From Ascoidea asiatica JCM 7603 (taxonomy: Eukaryota; Fungi; Ascomycota), in assembly GCA_001600695.1 (NCBI GenBank), contig BCKQ01000003.1, positions 1,618,526 through 1,682,525 of the forward strand: DNA of 64,000 nucleotides. The letters are read 5' to 3'. Both the position numbers and the translations under genes were made by a program. Each line of letters starts with the position of its first letter. The stretch's first letter is position 1. Positions 1 to 13,150 of this stretch are shown here, piece after piece. Below the pieces are notes generated by a model that did not search any database, was not told the DNA's origin, and worked only from the letters and a program-made list of their open reading frames with translations.

Positions 1-1122
1 ATAACTTAATAATTCTTGCTCTGTTTGTCCCATTAAAGTATTTAATTTTGCTTTAATATCTGGTAATCTATCTCTAATATGATTCATTAAAATATAATTT
101 AAAGTTTTTGATAAAAATCTTGTACCACATTTTGTATGAATGTTTTTATAAACAGGATGTGAAGCAAAAAATTCATCTTCATCTCTTAAAGCATTTTCTA
201 AAGATTTACTTGTCATAATATCTTGTTGAGATCTATTAACAACACCAATAAAACCTAATTTTAATGGATAAATTCTACCAGATAAAATATCTAAAGCATT
301 TGTACCATGATCCATTAAATCTAATTTTGATAAAACTCCAATAGTTCTTTTACCTTGTGGATCAACTTGTCTTGCTAATTTTAAAGCTTCAGAATTAACT
401 AAATCTACATTTGCAGGACTTACAGCTAAAATTAATGAATTTGGTGGAGAAATATATTCTAATAATAAAGTTCTAATTTGTTTTTCAATATCAGTTGGTT
501 GATCACCAATTGGAACTTTTGTTATACCAGGTAAATCAACTAAAGTTAAATTTAAAACTTTTGGTGAATAAATTTTTAAATTAATTGGAATTCTATTAAT
601 ACCTTTATTTTTACCAGCAATTCTTGCAGTTTCATTTTCAATTTCATTTTTAATATCTTGAAAATTATAAAATCTTTTTCCAGGTATATGTAAAAATTCA
701 CCCCATTCATTTGGTATTCTATTTTTATTATTATTAATAATATTACTACTACTATTACTATTGATATTTTGAGAATTATTTCTTAAATGATCTTCTAAAG
801 TCATTTCATATTGACTTTCACTATTATTAGATAAAGCAGCTAAAGAATTTTGAGAAATATCACCAACATTTTTGAAAATCAAAGGAGAATCTTCTGAAAT
901 ATTAACTAGTTGTAAAATTAAAGGCCTTCTTGTAACTATTCCTGTACCTCTTGGTAAAAAATCTTTACCTACAACTTTTTCTAATACTGAAGATTTTCCA
1001 GAAGATTGAGAACCAATTACAGAAATCTGAGGTAAATCTAAAGAATCAATTCCAATTGTATTATAAACTAAATCTTGTAATTTATTAATTACATTTAATA
1101 TTTGAGAATCGAACCCAGACAT
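1..1122 (-). CDS. DNM1: Dynamin-related GTPase for mitochondrial fission (5' part; gene continues off the left edge; not in ORF track)
   Basis: Manual translation from ATG at 1122: MSGFDSQILNVINKLQD...LPQISVIGSQSSGKSSVLE...DFLPRGTGIVTRRPL...EWGEFLHIPGKRFYNF...LTLVDLPGITKVPIGDQP...SKLDLMDHGTNALDILSG. This matches the Dnm1 GTPase domain, and the frame is open to position 1. Confidence 0.93.
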   Translation of the reverse strand, partial: MSGFDSQILNVINKLQDLVYNTIGIDSLDLPQISVIGSQSSGKSSVLEKVVGKDFLPRGTGIVTRRPLILQLVNISEDSPLIFKNVGDISQNSLAALSNNSESQYEMTLEDHLRNNSQNINSNSSSNIINNNKNRIPNEWGEFLHIPGKRFYNFQDIKNEIENETARIAGKNKGINRIPINLKIYSPKVLNLTLVDLPGITKVPIGDQPTDIEKQIRTLLLEYISPPNSLILAVSPANVDLVNSEALKLARQVDPQGKRTIGVLSKLDLMDHGTNALDILSGRIYPLKLGFIGVVNRSQQDIMTSKSLENALRDEDEFFASHPVYKNIHTKCGTRFLSKTLNYILMNHIRDRLPDIKAKLNTLMGQTEQELLSY

Positions 1123-2664
1123 TTTGAAAGAAAAGTGTGAATATGAATATAAATATAGGATAAGAATATAAGATAGTATAGGATAATAGATTATTATAGA
1201 TTATTTTTTAAAGGAATATTTAAATAAATAGACAAATATCGAAATCAGAAAACAAAAATTTATTTATAAAAATCAAAATAAAAGAGGATGAATAAATTAA
1301 AATTGATTTAAAGTTATAATGAAATATTTGAATAAAAGATAATTAATTATGAAATATTTTGATCTATTTCCATAAATTATGTTATAATTTTAATAATTAA
1401 TAATTATGTTTGATTTATGTATTATTATAACGTTGAATAAGAATTGTTTATAAAAATTGAACAAATCAAGTTTGAAAATTTATGAAGTATATCCAAATTA
1501 CTTAATCAGAAATTATGTTGCGATTATTGAATATTTTATTTTTTAACAATTCAATTCAATTTTATGACTTTATTTTTTCTTGTTTATTTTATTTTATTGT
1601 CAGATCCAGAAACTCAGAATTTTGTTACAAAATATTTTATTATGGACAGTCTCCCCCTTTAGCGAATATGGATAATGAGATTTTCAATTTCAAATTCGAT
1701 TTCAATCTAAGATGTTGAAAAAGATTATTTGAAATGACAAAGAGATTGCAATTGGGAATGAGAATTGAAAATAATCTTTGATTTTGTTATAAATTTAAGA
1801 ATTTAAAATAAAAATTGTCTTGTTTATTGGTTTTATTTATTTTTATTTACCTTTAATCACGTAGATTTATTTCGCTTTTTTATTTGTTTGACTTATTCAA
1901 ATTCGCTATTTTCAATTGAATTTAGTAAGAAATCTACAGATAAAAAGCAAAAACAACGGAAGCCACGGATTTCAGTCGGATTTCAACAGGATCCGAGCAG
2001 AATTAGAGCGGAAAGAAAAAAAGAGACAAGCCAATCACAGGCTGCCGGCAGTTCTGCTGTTTTCAACGGTGTTCTTATGCGGTCCAAACCTTAGGAAGAG
2101 ATGCGGAAACAAAATTAAAGTATCCGCTGCAATGGAATATTATTTTTTAACGGATACTTTTTTCCGGATTATTTCATTTCTACAAACTCACACAGCCACT
2201 TTGAAATAGGTTAATTCCAAATCAAGTAAAGAAGGCTCATGCTAATTTAGTTTCGCAAGATATAAAATTGTATTGTATTTTAGGCAAGAATTGAAAGTGA
2301 AATAAAATAAAAACTAATGAAACAAAAGGGGTTTGAGGATTTATATGAAAATAAATTGATGAAAAGTAACTAATTTACATCAAGAACAATTTAATTCAGA
2401 ACAAAAAAAATGGATTGAATGAAAAAAATGTAACAGAAATAGAGAAAAAAAGTAAAAATTAGGTGAATAATATTTATAAGAATTTATAAAATCTATCAAA
2501 TATGGATTATGATTATAAGAGAAAACATTTTCTAAAATTTTTTAAAGCAACTTTTTGATTTACATGTTTATCATTTGAATTTATGAAATCTCCATTTTTT
2601 TCTTTTTTTTCCTGTTTTTTATTGATTTTTTTTTTTTTCCTTTTTTGTTCCTTTATAAACTATT

Positions 2665-4332
2665 TTAATTGAAAAAAATTGCAGACCAAACACTGAATGA
2701 AATTGTAAAAAGAACCAAAAAGGATCCAAAATAAATTAAACCTTCAATTGGTCTTTCAGTAATTGTTTCTTTTGGACTTTCATAAACATCAAGAATATAT
2801 TGATTTGCAGCACTTAAATAAATTTTAGAATATGCTACAATTTCTTTATATTTATATTTACCAGTTTCAATTAATGAAGTTATATCAAAAGTAGAATCTT
2901 CAATTTCTTCATCTTCATTTGGTGGAGTTGTTGGTTCTTTTGGAGGTTTTGGAGCATTTGCAGAAGATTCTGCTTCTTCAATTTCTAATTTTGGTATAAA
3001 AGTTTTATTACCAATTAATTCAGCTTCTTTAATAGAATGACCTAAATAAATATTATCAAATAAAATATCATTATCCATTGTCCATAATTCAAAACCTAAA
3101 CCACCAATAGGTTCTAAATTACTTGGAGTTTTATCTTCATAATAATCTGGATTTGGAATTGTTTTTGGAACCCATTCACCTTGATAATTTGGATTTTCAA
3201 TATATGGTTGAAACCATTTACCTTTATAATCTGGATTTGGAATTTTTGGAGCATCCCATTTACCACAACCATTTTTTTCACAATATGGATTTAAAATTTC
3301 TGGTGCAATCCATTCACCATCTTCTTCTTCATCCCAATCTTCAGGAATTTTAGCATTTGGATCAGGTATATATTCTTTTGCATTTTCATCCCAAGATTCT
3401 GGTTTTATAGCATTTGGATCTTTAATAAATTTTGGAGCATCTTCATCCCAATCATCAGGTTTTACTGAATTTTCAGGATCTAAAATTTCTTCATTATCAT
3501 CCCAATCTTCAGGTTTAATATCATTTATATCATCAACTTCTTTTGGAGGATTTAAAGTTGGTTTAAAGGTTTTTTCATCAATTAAAGAACCAGCTTTTGC
3601 AACTTCACCATTAATTCTAATTTCAAAATTTTGATTATTATCAATAATTAAAGTATATAAGGTTGAAATTTTAACATTTCTAATCATTGGAGGATTTTTT
3701 AAATGTTTTTCTTCATAAATATTAGTTTTTGGATTTTTTCTTCTAATTATAAAATGAACTTTATTTGTTGAACCACATTTATCAGGACCAAACATAATTT
3801 GATATGGAGCTTCATTTGAAAAATGATCAGTTCTTAAATTATCTGTTTCAGATAATAATTTAATATATGCACCACCACATGTTAAACCTTTTTGTAATTT
3901 AACTTCATATTGTAAAATTAAAGAATTATTTTCATTAATAAATGGAGTTTCAAAAAAATGAGAAATTGCATGATGAGCAGCAGGAGATTTTAATACTAAA
4001 CCTTTATCATTTTTAAAACCAGGATAAATTAAAGGTTCTTCAACTTTCCATTTACCCACATAAGCAAATTCACCATCTCTTTGAGCATTTGAAATAATCC
4101 AACGTTTATTCCAATCTTGATCTTGAAAAGTTTCAAAAAATGAATCTTTTGATAAATTTAATTCAATTGGACTAAAATCTGGATGTTCAATTGGAATTGA
4201 TTCTGATTTTAATTCAGATTCTGATTCTGAATTAGATTCATCTATTTTTGAATCAATTGCAGATATATTTTTAAAAAATAAAAAAGGTGCTAATATTAAA
4301 GCCTTTATTACAAAACTACTTGAAAATATCAT
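2665..4332 (-). CDS. CNE1: Calnexin (ER lectin chaperone)
   Basis: Calreticulin-family motifs (CGGAYIKLL, IMFGPDKCG), P-domain repeats (KPEDWD, GEW), signal peptide and C-terminal TM helix. The first ATG is at 4332; the track start at 4401 is a GTG. Confidence 0.95.
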   Translation of the reverse strand: MIFSSSFVIKALILAPFLFFKNISAIDSKIDESNSESESELKSESIPIEHPDFSPIELNLSKDSFFETFQDQDWNKRWIISNAQRDGEFAYVGKWKVEEPLIYPGFKNDKGLVLKSPAAHHAISHFFETPFINENNSLILQYEVKLQKGLTCGGAYIKLLSETDNLRTDHFSNEAPYQIMFGPDKCGSTNKVHFIIRRKNPKTNIYEEKHLKNPPMIRNVKISTLYTLIIDNNQNFEIRINGEVAKAGSLIDEKTFKPTLNPPKEVDDINDIKPEDWDDNEEILDPENSVKPDDWDEDAPKFIKDPNAIKPESWDENAKEYIPDPNAKIPEDWDEEEDGEWIAPEILNPYCEKNGCGKWDAPKIPNPDYKGKWFQPYIENPNYQGEWVPKTIPNPDYYEDKTPSNLEPIGGLGFELWTMDNDILFDNIYLGHSIKEAELIGNKTFIPKLEIEEAESSANAPKPPKEPTTPPNEDEEIEDSTFDITSLIETGKYKYKEIVAYSKIYLSAANQYILDVYESPKETITERPIEGLIYFGSFLVLFTISFSVWSAIFFN

Positions 4333-4757
4333 TTTGAAATTAAAGTAAGAAGCTAAAACAATAAATATATTATATAACAAGATATGAATTGAAATCACCA
4401 CACACCTACTACAACACTAGAAAACAAAAGAATATGAAAAATAATAATAATTGATTAAATAAATGATTAATTTATTATAATAATTGAATTGAGGATAAAG
4501 ATGTGTCCTTAAATAAATAGTGAAAGAGTTCGAGAAAAAGGTAAAGTTAAGATTCACTTACAGTATGGCCACCGAGAATACTATGGTGCCTACCACACTG
4601 TAACCGTAGTTTATCGGTAACAACACTCACAGCACACTATTCACAGTGGTAATTGTTACCTCAGCGCTTTGGAAGCTTCGCAGGCTTCTTTGGAAAACCT
4701 GAAACTTTTTCCTACGCCAGCGACAGCGACAGCCACCGCTACAACTTCACTCGCGGC

Positions 4758-4765
4758 TACGTGGC
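4758..4765. promoter_or_regulatory. UPRE-2/Hac1-like element TACGTGGC upstream of CNE1
   Basis: Contains TACGTG about 430 bp upstream of an ER chaperone gene. Motif match only. Confidence 0.35.
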
Positions 4766-4931
4766 CCATCGGGGGTCTATCCTTAGAGGGGTTTATTAGA
4801 GAGGGTCTGATTTAAGATACACATGCAGCACGTGCTAGTTAAAAAATATAAAAACTATCATTATATCACATGAAAACACTATGAATTACAGTAAAAGACA
4901 TAAGACCCTCAATAATGGAGCTTTAGATTAC

Positions 4932-4954
4932 CAAGACCAGCTTTGAGGGTCTTG
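4932..4954. promoter_or_regulatory. Perfect dyad CAAGACC-N9-GGTCTTG in the CNE1/DRN1 divergent promoter
   Basis: 7-bp inverted repeat with a 9-bp spacer. Same core and spacing as the array units at 44580-44745. Confidence 0.5.
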
Positions 4955-5167
4955 TCGACTAAATAGTTTCCGAATATTCATTCAGATCTAAAATACGACC
5001 AAATTAGCTCTTCTTTCAAGGAAAAAAAAAAACAAGAAAAATAGACTATGAAAAAAATTCAGTAAAAGATTTTTCTTAACCTAATTTCACCCATTTAAAG
5101 TAATTTGTTTTTTCGATTACAATTTACAACCTATAAGCCATTGAATTAATTTAATCATTATTAAACA

Positions 5168-7159
5168 ATGACTCTAGAAAATAAAACCATAAAGGTTTTA
5201 GTCTTGAATCCTTCTAATGATGAAATCAATTCTGTTTTATCAAAAGCAAATAGTTTAAATGAAAAAAATGGTCCATTTGGATCTGTTTTATTATTAGGTT
5301 CTTTAAATATAGATTCTGAAAAAGTAAAAGATACTTCCATTAATCAATTAACTTTGTTTTCTAATTTAAAATTAATTAAGCCATCTGAGACTAAAGAAGA
5401 AACAACCTTTGAAACCAAGGATGTTGTCAAAGACGTTACTAAAGATGATGTCAAGGAATATATTAAAGAAGAGCCAAAAGAGGAAGTAAAAGATGAATCA
5501 AAAGAAGAAGTTAAAGAAGAATCAAAAGAAGAAGTTAAAGAAAAATCAAAAGAAGAAGTAAAGGAAGCAAAGGAAGAAGTAAAAGAAGAAACCAAAGAGG
5601 AAGTAAAAGACAATACAAGCGTTGAAACTCCAATTGAAAAAAATGAAATTGCAATCAAAAATAATCTATTTAATCTAATTGGTAATAATGGTATTACTTT
5701 CAAAGAAATCAATGGATTAAATATACTTTATTTTGATGAATTTTTTAATAAATCATTTGAAAATTTTTATAAATTTAAAGAAAATTTCTTAAAAAAAATT
5801 ATCAATATTCATATTCTTGTTTCTTATCAATGGCCATCAAATTTATCTTATTATCATAAAAATTCAAATTCAAATAATAAAGAAGATGTTTTAAATAAAT
5901 TTATCAAATTAATTCAACCAAATTATTTTTTCACTTATTCTTCTGATGATTTCTTAGAAACTTTACCATTTAAATGGAATTCTACAAATGATAAAAGTAC
6001 CCCCATTAAAACTACAAGATTTATTAGTTTAGCTGAATCAAATACTAAAAAGAGATGGTATTATGCTTTTAATTTAAATATAAATGGTTCTGAAATTGAA
6101 CAAATTGAAAAATTTTCAAAAAATATCTTTCAAGATGTTAATATAGATGGTAATGCTAATAATTTAAATAATAATAAGCGTAAACTTGAAGATAATGAAT
6201 CTAATAAAGAAAATGATTATTCCAATAAAAAGGATAAAAAAAATTCAGATTTTAAAACTTCTTCTGATATTAAAAAAGTTAGAACTTCAATTGATGCTTC
6301 AAATTGTTATTTTTGTCTTGGTTCTCCAAATATTCAAAAACATATGGTTGTTTCTGTTGCTGAAGAATGTTATTTAACTATAGCTAAAGGTCCTTTAACA
6401 AATAATAATGATTCAAGTTATAATATGTTACCATTTTGTGGTCATGTATTAATTATTGCTATTAAACATATACCAAATCTTTTATATGATAAGTTAAATA
6501 AAACTTATAAAGAGTTTATTAAATATGAAAATGGTTTATTAAATTTATTTTATACAAAATATAATCTTGGTTCATGTATTTTTGAAATTAATAATTCAAA
6601 ATCTGTTCATTATCATAGACAAGTTTTACCATTAACAAATATTAATATAAGTATTGAAAAATTAGAAAAAGATTTAAATTATATGGTTAAAAGAAATAAT
6701 GGTGAGTTAGATAATGGTAATGGTAATGATAAAAGAAAAAACAAAAAAAAAAATTTCAAACCAAAAGAATATTGTAAATTAGATTTTAAAAAATTTGAAT
6801 TTAAATATAATGAAGAAACTAAAGAAGTTTTAGAATATGAATATGAAAATGATGAAGATAAAAAAGAATATTTCGATATTATTAAAAATGGTGATTATAT
6901 TTCTATTAAACTTTTTTTAAAAAATTCTGATGAAGGTAATGATGAATCTGAAAGAAAACCAAAACAATATTGTTTTTTAAGTAAAATTGATGTAAATCAA
7001 TTTATTGATCTTCAATTTCCTAGAAAACTTTTAATAAGTTTTCTTAGATTGGAAAGAGAAAGATTATTTTGGAATAAATGTCAACAAGATAAAGAAGTTG
7101 AAATTCATGAAGCTGAATCATTCAAGAAAGATTTTGCAGAATTTGACTTTAGTGTATAA
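5168..7159 (+). CDS. DRN1: CWF19L1/Drn1-like debranching-associated splicing factor (CwfJ domains)
   Basis: N-terminal NEKNGPF pseudo-metallophosphatase start; C-terminal CYFCLGSPNIQKHMVVSV, YLTIAKGPL, GHVLIIAIKH, HYHRQVLP, DLQFPRK. Confidence 0.85.
   Translation: MTLENKTIKVLVLNPSNDEINSVLSKANSLNEKNGPFGSVLLLGSLNIDSEKVKDTSINQLTLFSNLKLIKPSETKEETTFETKDVVKDVTKDDVKEYIKEEPKEEVKDESKEEVKEESKEEVKEKSKEEVKEAKEEVKEETKEEVKDNTSVETPIEKNEIAIKNNLFNLIGNNGITFKEINGLNILYFDEFFNKSFENFYKFKENFLKKIINIHILVSYQWPSNLSYYHKNSNSNNKEDVLNKFIKLIQPNYFFTYSSDDFLETLPFKWNSTNDKSTPIKTTRFISLAESNTKKRWYYAFNLNINGSEIEQIEKFSKNIFQDVNIDGNANNLNNNKRKLEDNESNKENDYSNKKDKKNSDFKTSSDIKKVRTSIDASNCYFCLGSPNIQKHMVVSVAEECYLTIAKGPLTNNNDSSYNMLPFCGHVLIIAIKHIPNLLYDKLNKTYKEFIKYENGLLNLFYTKYNLGSCIFEINNSKSVHYHRQVLPLTNINISIEKLEKDLNYMVKRNNGELDNGNGNDKRKNKKKNFKPKEYCKLDFKKFEFKYNEETKEVLEYEYENDEDKKEYFDIIKNGDYISIKLFLKNSDEGNDESERKPKQYCFLSKIDVNQFIDLQFPRKLLISFLRLERERLFWNKCQQDKEVEIHEAESFKKDFAEFDFSV
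5465..5610 (+). repeat. Coding minisatellite, about 24-bp units encoding (KEESKEEV)n in DRN1
   Basis: Repeated aaagaagaa(tca/gtt) units; translation KEEPKEEVKDESKEEVKEESKEEVKEKSKEEVKEAKEEVKEETKEEVK. Confidence 0.85.
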
Positions 7160-7878
7160 TTAAACATTTTAGATTTAAGGTTATTTGTTGTGTGAGTAAT
7201 GTTATAATGTTTATATTTAAAAATAAAAATCATTTTTTTTTTCTTTAGCAAAGTAAATCAAGTAAAAAATAATTTGAAATCAGAAATTTTCCTCAATTGA
7301 CTCTTCATCGATACTTCTTTTATATCAGAAACTGAAAACAAAGAATAAGTGAGAAGAGCCAATATAAAAAAAAACAGTATAAAGAAATATTTAGATGTAT
7401 ATTGGTCATACCAGAGTCATTTATGGGTCATACCGTCCTTATGGTCCTGGCTTGGCTTATTTTTGATCGGCCACCAAGCCATTATTATTTCCTGATATTT
7501 ATTATAAAATGTCCTAGGATCAAAATATGCTTATGTTTTTTCTATTTTTACTTTTAGCTGTTTTTTTGGTTAGCAAATTTGAACTCTTAATTTATTGGTA
7601 AAAAAACAAAGTGAAAAAAGAAGAATAAAGCCAGTAATAAAATAGTTAACTGTCATAATATCGAAATAGTAAAAATATATTTAAAATCAGAGAATTGAAT
7701 ATATTTTCGATTTTTGATATATTGAGTCATTAATTTTAATGAAATATTTATTCCAAAAAGTTTCGCATTTCAAAATCAGCCTTCTTTAATCGAATTCATA
7801 ATACTAAATTGTGTTATTATTATGATTTTATAGAGGCGAACTAATCTTAAATTACTCTACAGTAGCTTTACATTTCAA

Positions 7879-9852
7879 ATGAATTTTTTGCGAATAAATA
7901 ACTTTTCAATTTTACTATTTTTTATATTGGTTATACTAAATATTACCCAAGTGAATGCAAAAGATTTTAAAGATTTCAGAGATTTAAATGATTCAAATAT
8001 AATATTCAGTCTGAATTCAGATTCAGATCCAGATTCAGATATAGATACAACTTTAGATCAAAATTTATGGAATTTTTGTTATACAAGTCAACAACTTGCA
8101 ATTAATCAATTTGATCAATTATGTAATGAGATTAATTGTAATTTGGTTTTATTTCAAAATGGATTTCAAGAATATAAAGCATGTAAAATAATTCAAAATA
8201 ATCTTTTAAATAATAATAAATATATCAATGACAAGGAGAATGATGAAAATTTAAATGAATATTATGATGAAGAAATCAATAATGAATATTTGTGGGATAT
8301 TTTAGATAAAAGAGATCTTTTAAGTCAAACTGAGGGAACTGATGATGATTCTGATGATAATTCAACATCAACAGATCCTAATACAATTTCAGATTGGGAA
8401 CCAATTTCAGATATAATTGCAGCAAATGAAACAAAATATTATCAATTTAATGTTGATACAAAATCTACAGGTATTTCTGAATATTATCATATTTTAATAT
8501 TTCTTTCTGGAAATATATGTTCAGTACCTTCAAGTATAAGTAGTGAAACAGATAATGATGATGATGATAATGAGATAACATCATTACAAGTCTATTATAG
8601 TTGGGATGTTGAACTATTTACAAATATTTCTGCAGCTAATTATTCTGTTAAAACTTTTGAAAAAGGATATGTTCAAGATCTTGCAACATATGATATGGAT
8701 ACAAATGATACATTTGTTACATTATATATAATGATTCAATCACCAGATGTTATATTAAATAGTACTGAATATTGGAGTTTTCAATTTGGTATTTCTCAAT
8801 CAGATTTATTATATCAATGGGATGATAGAACTTGGATAACATTAGTTGATGCAGATTCAACATCAGCATTATTTTCAACAGGAAATTTTACAGATGCAAC
8901 AGATAGAGATATAAATAATATTAATGATACAGTTTCATTATCAGAATATGAAATTTATGTATATAAATATGAAGAAAATTCAACGTTAGATTTTAATGGA
9001 TTAAATAGAAGTTGGTGTGCAGTTTCTAAAAATCCAGGTATATTTAATACAAATAATATGATATCATCATTTACAAATAGAGGAGATTCATTAAAAAAAC
9101 AATTTTATTTAAGTGGATTAAATGCTTCAACAAAATATATTGTTTATTCATTACAAAATTTTGTTGATACATCAATTGGTGGAGTTGTTTTTAGTCATTT
9201 TGTATTTGAAACTTTAGAAAATGATGCATGTAAATTAATTTATGATTTAGAATTTTGTTCAGATGTTGCATATTCTGTACCATCATCAAGTAAATATTTA
9301 AATATCGCAACAAATGTAAATGCAACAAATTCAAGTAATTTACCAGATGCTTATGATAATTATGCAAAAGAAATTTATTCAAATTTTACAAAAATTTTAC
9401 AACTAGAACCTTGTGATGTTGGATTAGACTCAAGATTTTCACCAATTACAACTTGTGATGATTGTTCAAATTCATATAAAAATTGGTTATGTGCATTAAC
9501 AATTCCAAGATGTACAACTACAGATAATGATGTATTTACTTTCAGATCTGAAGGATTATCAAGATTAGATCATATTAATGAAGATATTGCACCAAATTTA
9601 GATTATTATGAAATTATGCCATGTTTTAATATGTGTCAACAAATTGTTAGAGATTGTCCAGCATCATTGGGATTTGCATGTCCAGAAGATAATGATACTA
9701 TAAAATTAAGTTATTATTGGCAAACAGATTCAGATACGTTAACATGTAATTATATTGGGACTTTAGCTAGTAGTTTTGGTAGAAAACTAGTTGTAAATTT
9801 ATCATTTTTTTTCTTCTCTATTTTTTTTTCAATTCTTTATTCACTTCTTTAG
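7879..9852 (+). CDS. MID1: Stretch-activated Ca2+ channel subunit Mid1
   Basis: Signal peptide; IFLSGNIC; Cys-rich C-terminus (CKLIYDLEFCSDVAYSVP, CDDCSNSYKNWLCALTIPRC, IVRDCPASLGFACP); hydrophobic tail. Confidence 0.92.
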   Translation: MNFLRINNFSILLFFILVILNITQVNAKDFKDFRDLNDSNIIFSLNSDSDPDSDIDTTLDQNLWNFCYTSQQLAINQFDQLCNEINCNLVLFQNGFQEYKACKIIQNNLLNNNKYINDKENDENLNEYYDEEINNEYLWDILDKRDLLSQTEGTDDDSDDNSTSTDPNTISDWEPISDIIAANETKYYQFNVDTKSTGISEYYHILIFLSGNICSVPSSISSETDNDDDDNEITSLQVYYSWDVELFTNISAANYSVKTFEKGYVQDLATYDMDTNDTFVTLYIMIQSPDVILNSTEYWSFQFGISQSDLLYQWDDRTWITLVDADSTSALFSTGNFTDATDRDINNINDTVSLSEYEIYVYKYEENSTLDFNGLNRSWCAVSKNPGIFNTNNMISSFTNRGDSLKKQFYLSGLNASTKYIVYSLQNFVDTSIGGVVFSHFVFETLENDACKLIYDLEFCSDVAYSVPSSSKYLNIATNVNATNSSNLPDAYDNYAKEIYSNFTKILQLEPCDVGLDSRFSPITTCDDCSNSYKNWLCALTIPRCTTTDNDVFTFRSEGLSRLDHINEDIAPNLDYYEIMPCFNMCQQIVRDCPASLGFACPEDNDTIKLSYYWQTDSDTLTCNYIGTLASSFGRKLVVNLSFFFFSIFFSILYSLL

Positions 9853-10639
9853 TTGACATTAATCATTAATTCTTATTCTTACTGTTCTTATTATTATTGT
9901 TATCTTTATCTTTGTCTTTAATTCAGCCACATAATCTAGCCACTAAGTTTGGCCACACATGTGTAGCAGGTCTTGCAGTAAAAACAAAGCCAGTGTTTTG
10001 GATCCGAAACGTACCCCGGATTTTAGAAGCAATGCACGGAGCACCACACCAAACAAACTTGAAAAGAGTTCGAAACTGAGAAAAAGAAGGGAAAGAAGAG
10101 AAAAGAAAAGGAAAGAAGCAAATAAGAAACAATCATCAGAAACTACTACTTACTACACTTTGAAAGATTGCCAGCAACAAAAAAACTGGCAGTAAAGAAA
10201 GAGTTTTAGTTGCCCTTGTTATTATTGTTAAATTTCATTGAATATTATCATCACTAATTTTCTATTCATCGTTGAAACACTGTTATTAAACTCGGGAATT
10301 GAGGGTCGGAATCAGATCTTTTGTCAGCAAGTATACTGCTAATAGAGGGGAAACACACTTTTTTCAAAAAACATCTTAACTGGAATGGGTACAATGTTCC
10401 CAAAATAAAGGGGCAATCCTTAAAAGTATATTACACTCCCTATAGCTTAATGTATTGTATTTATATTGTATTTATTTGCCTTCAAATTCTGATCTTTTTT
10501 TCTATTCATATATTTTCTTATTTATTTGCAATAGTTTTCTAATTTTTATTGTTATAGAATATAAGAATTTTCTTGATTATTATTAATATTAATATTATAT
10601 TTTAATAATAGACTACAAATCATATATAAATATTTTTGA

Positions 10640-13150
<2,511 letters not shown>

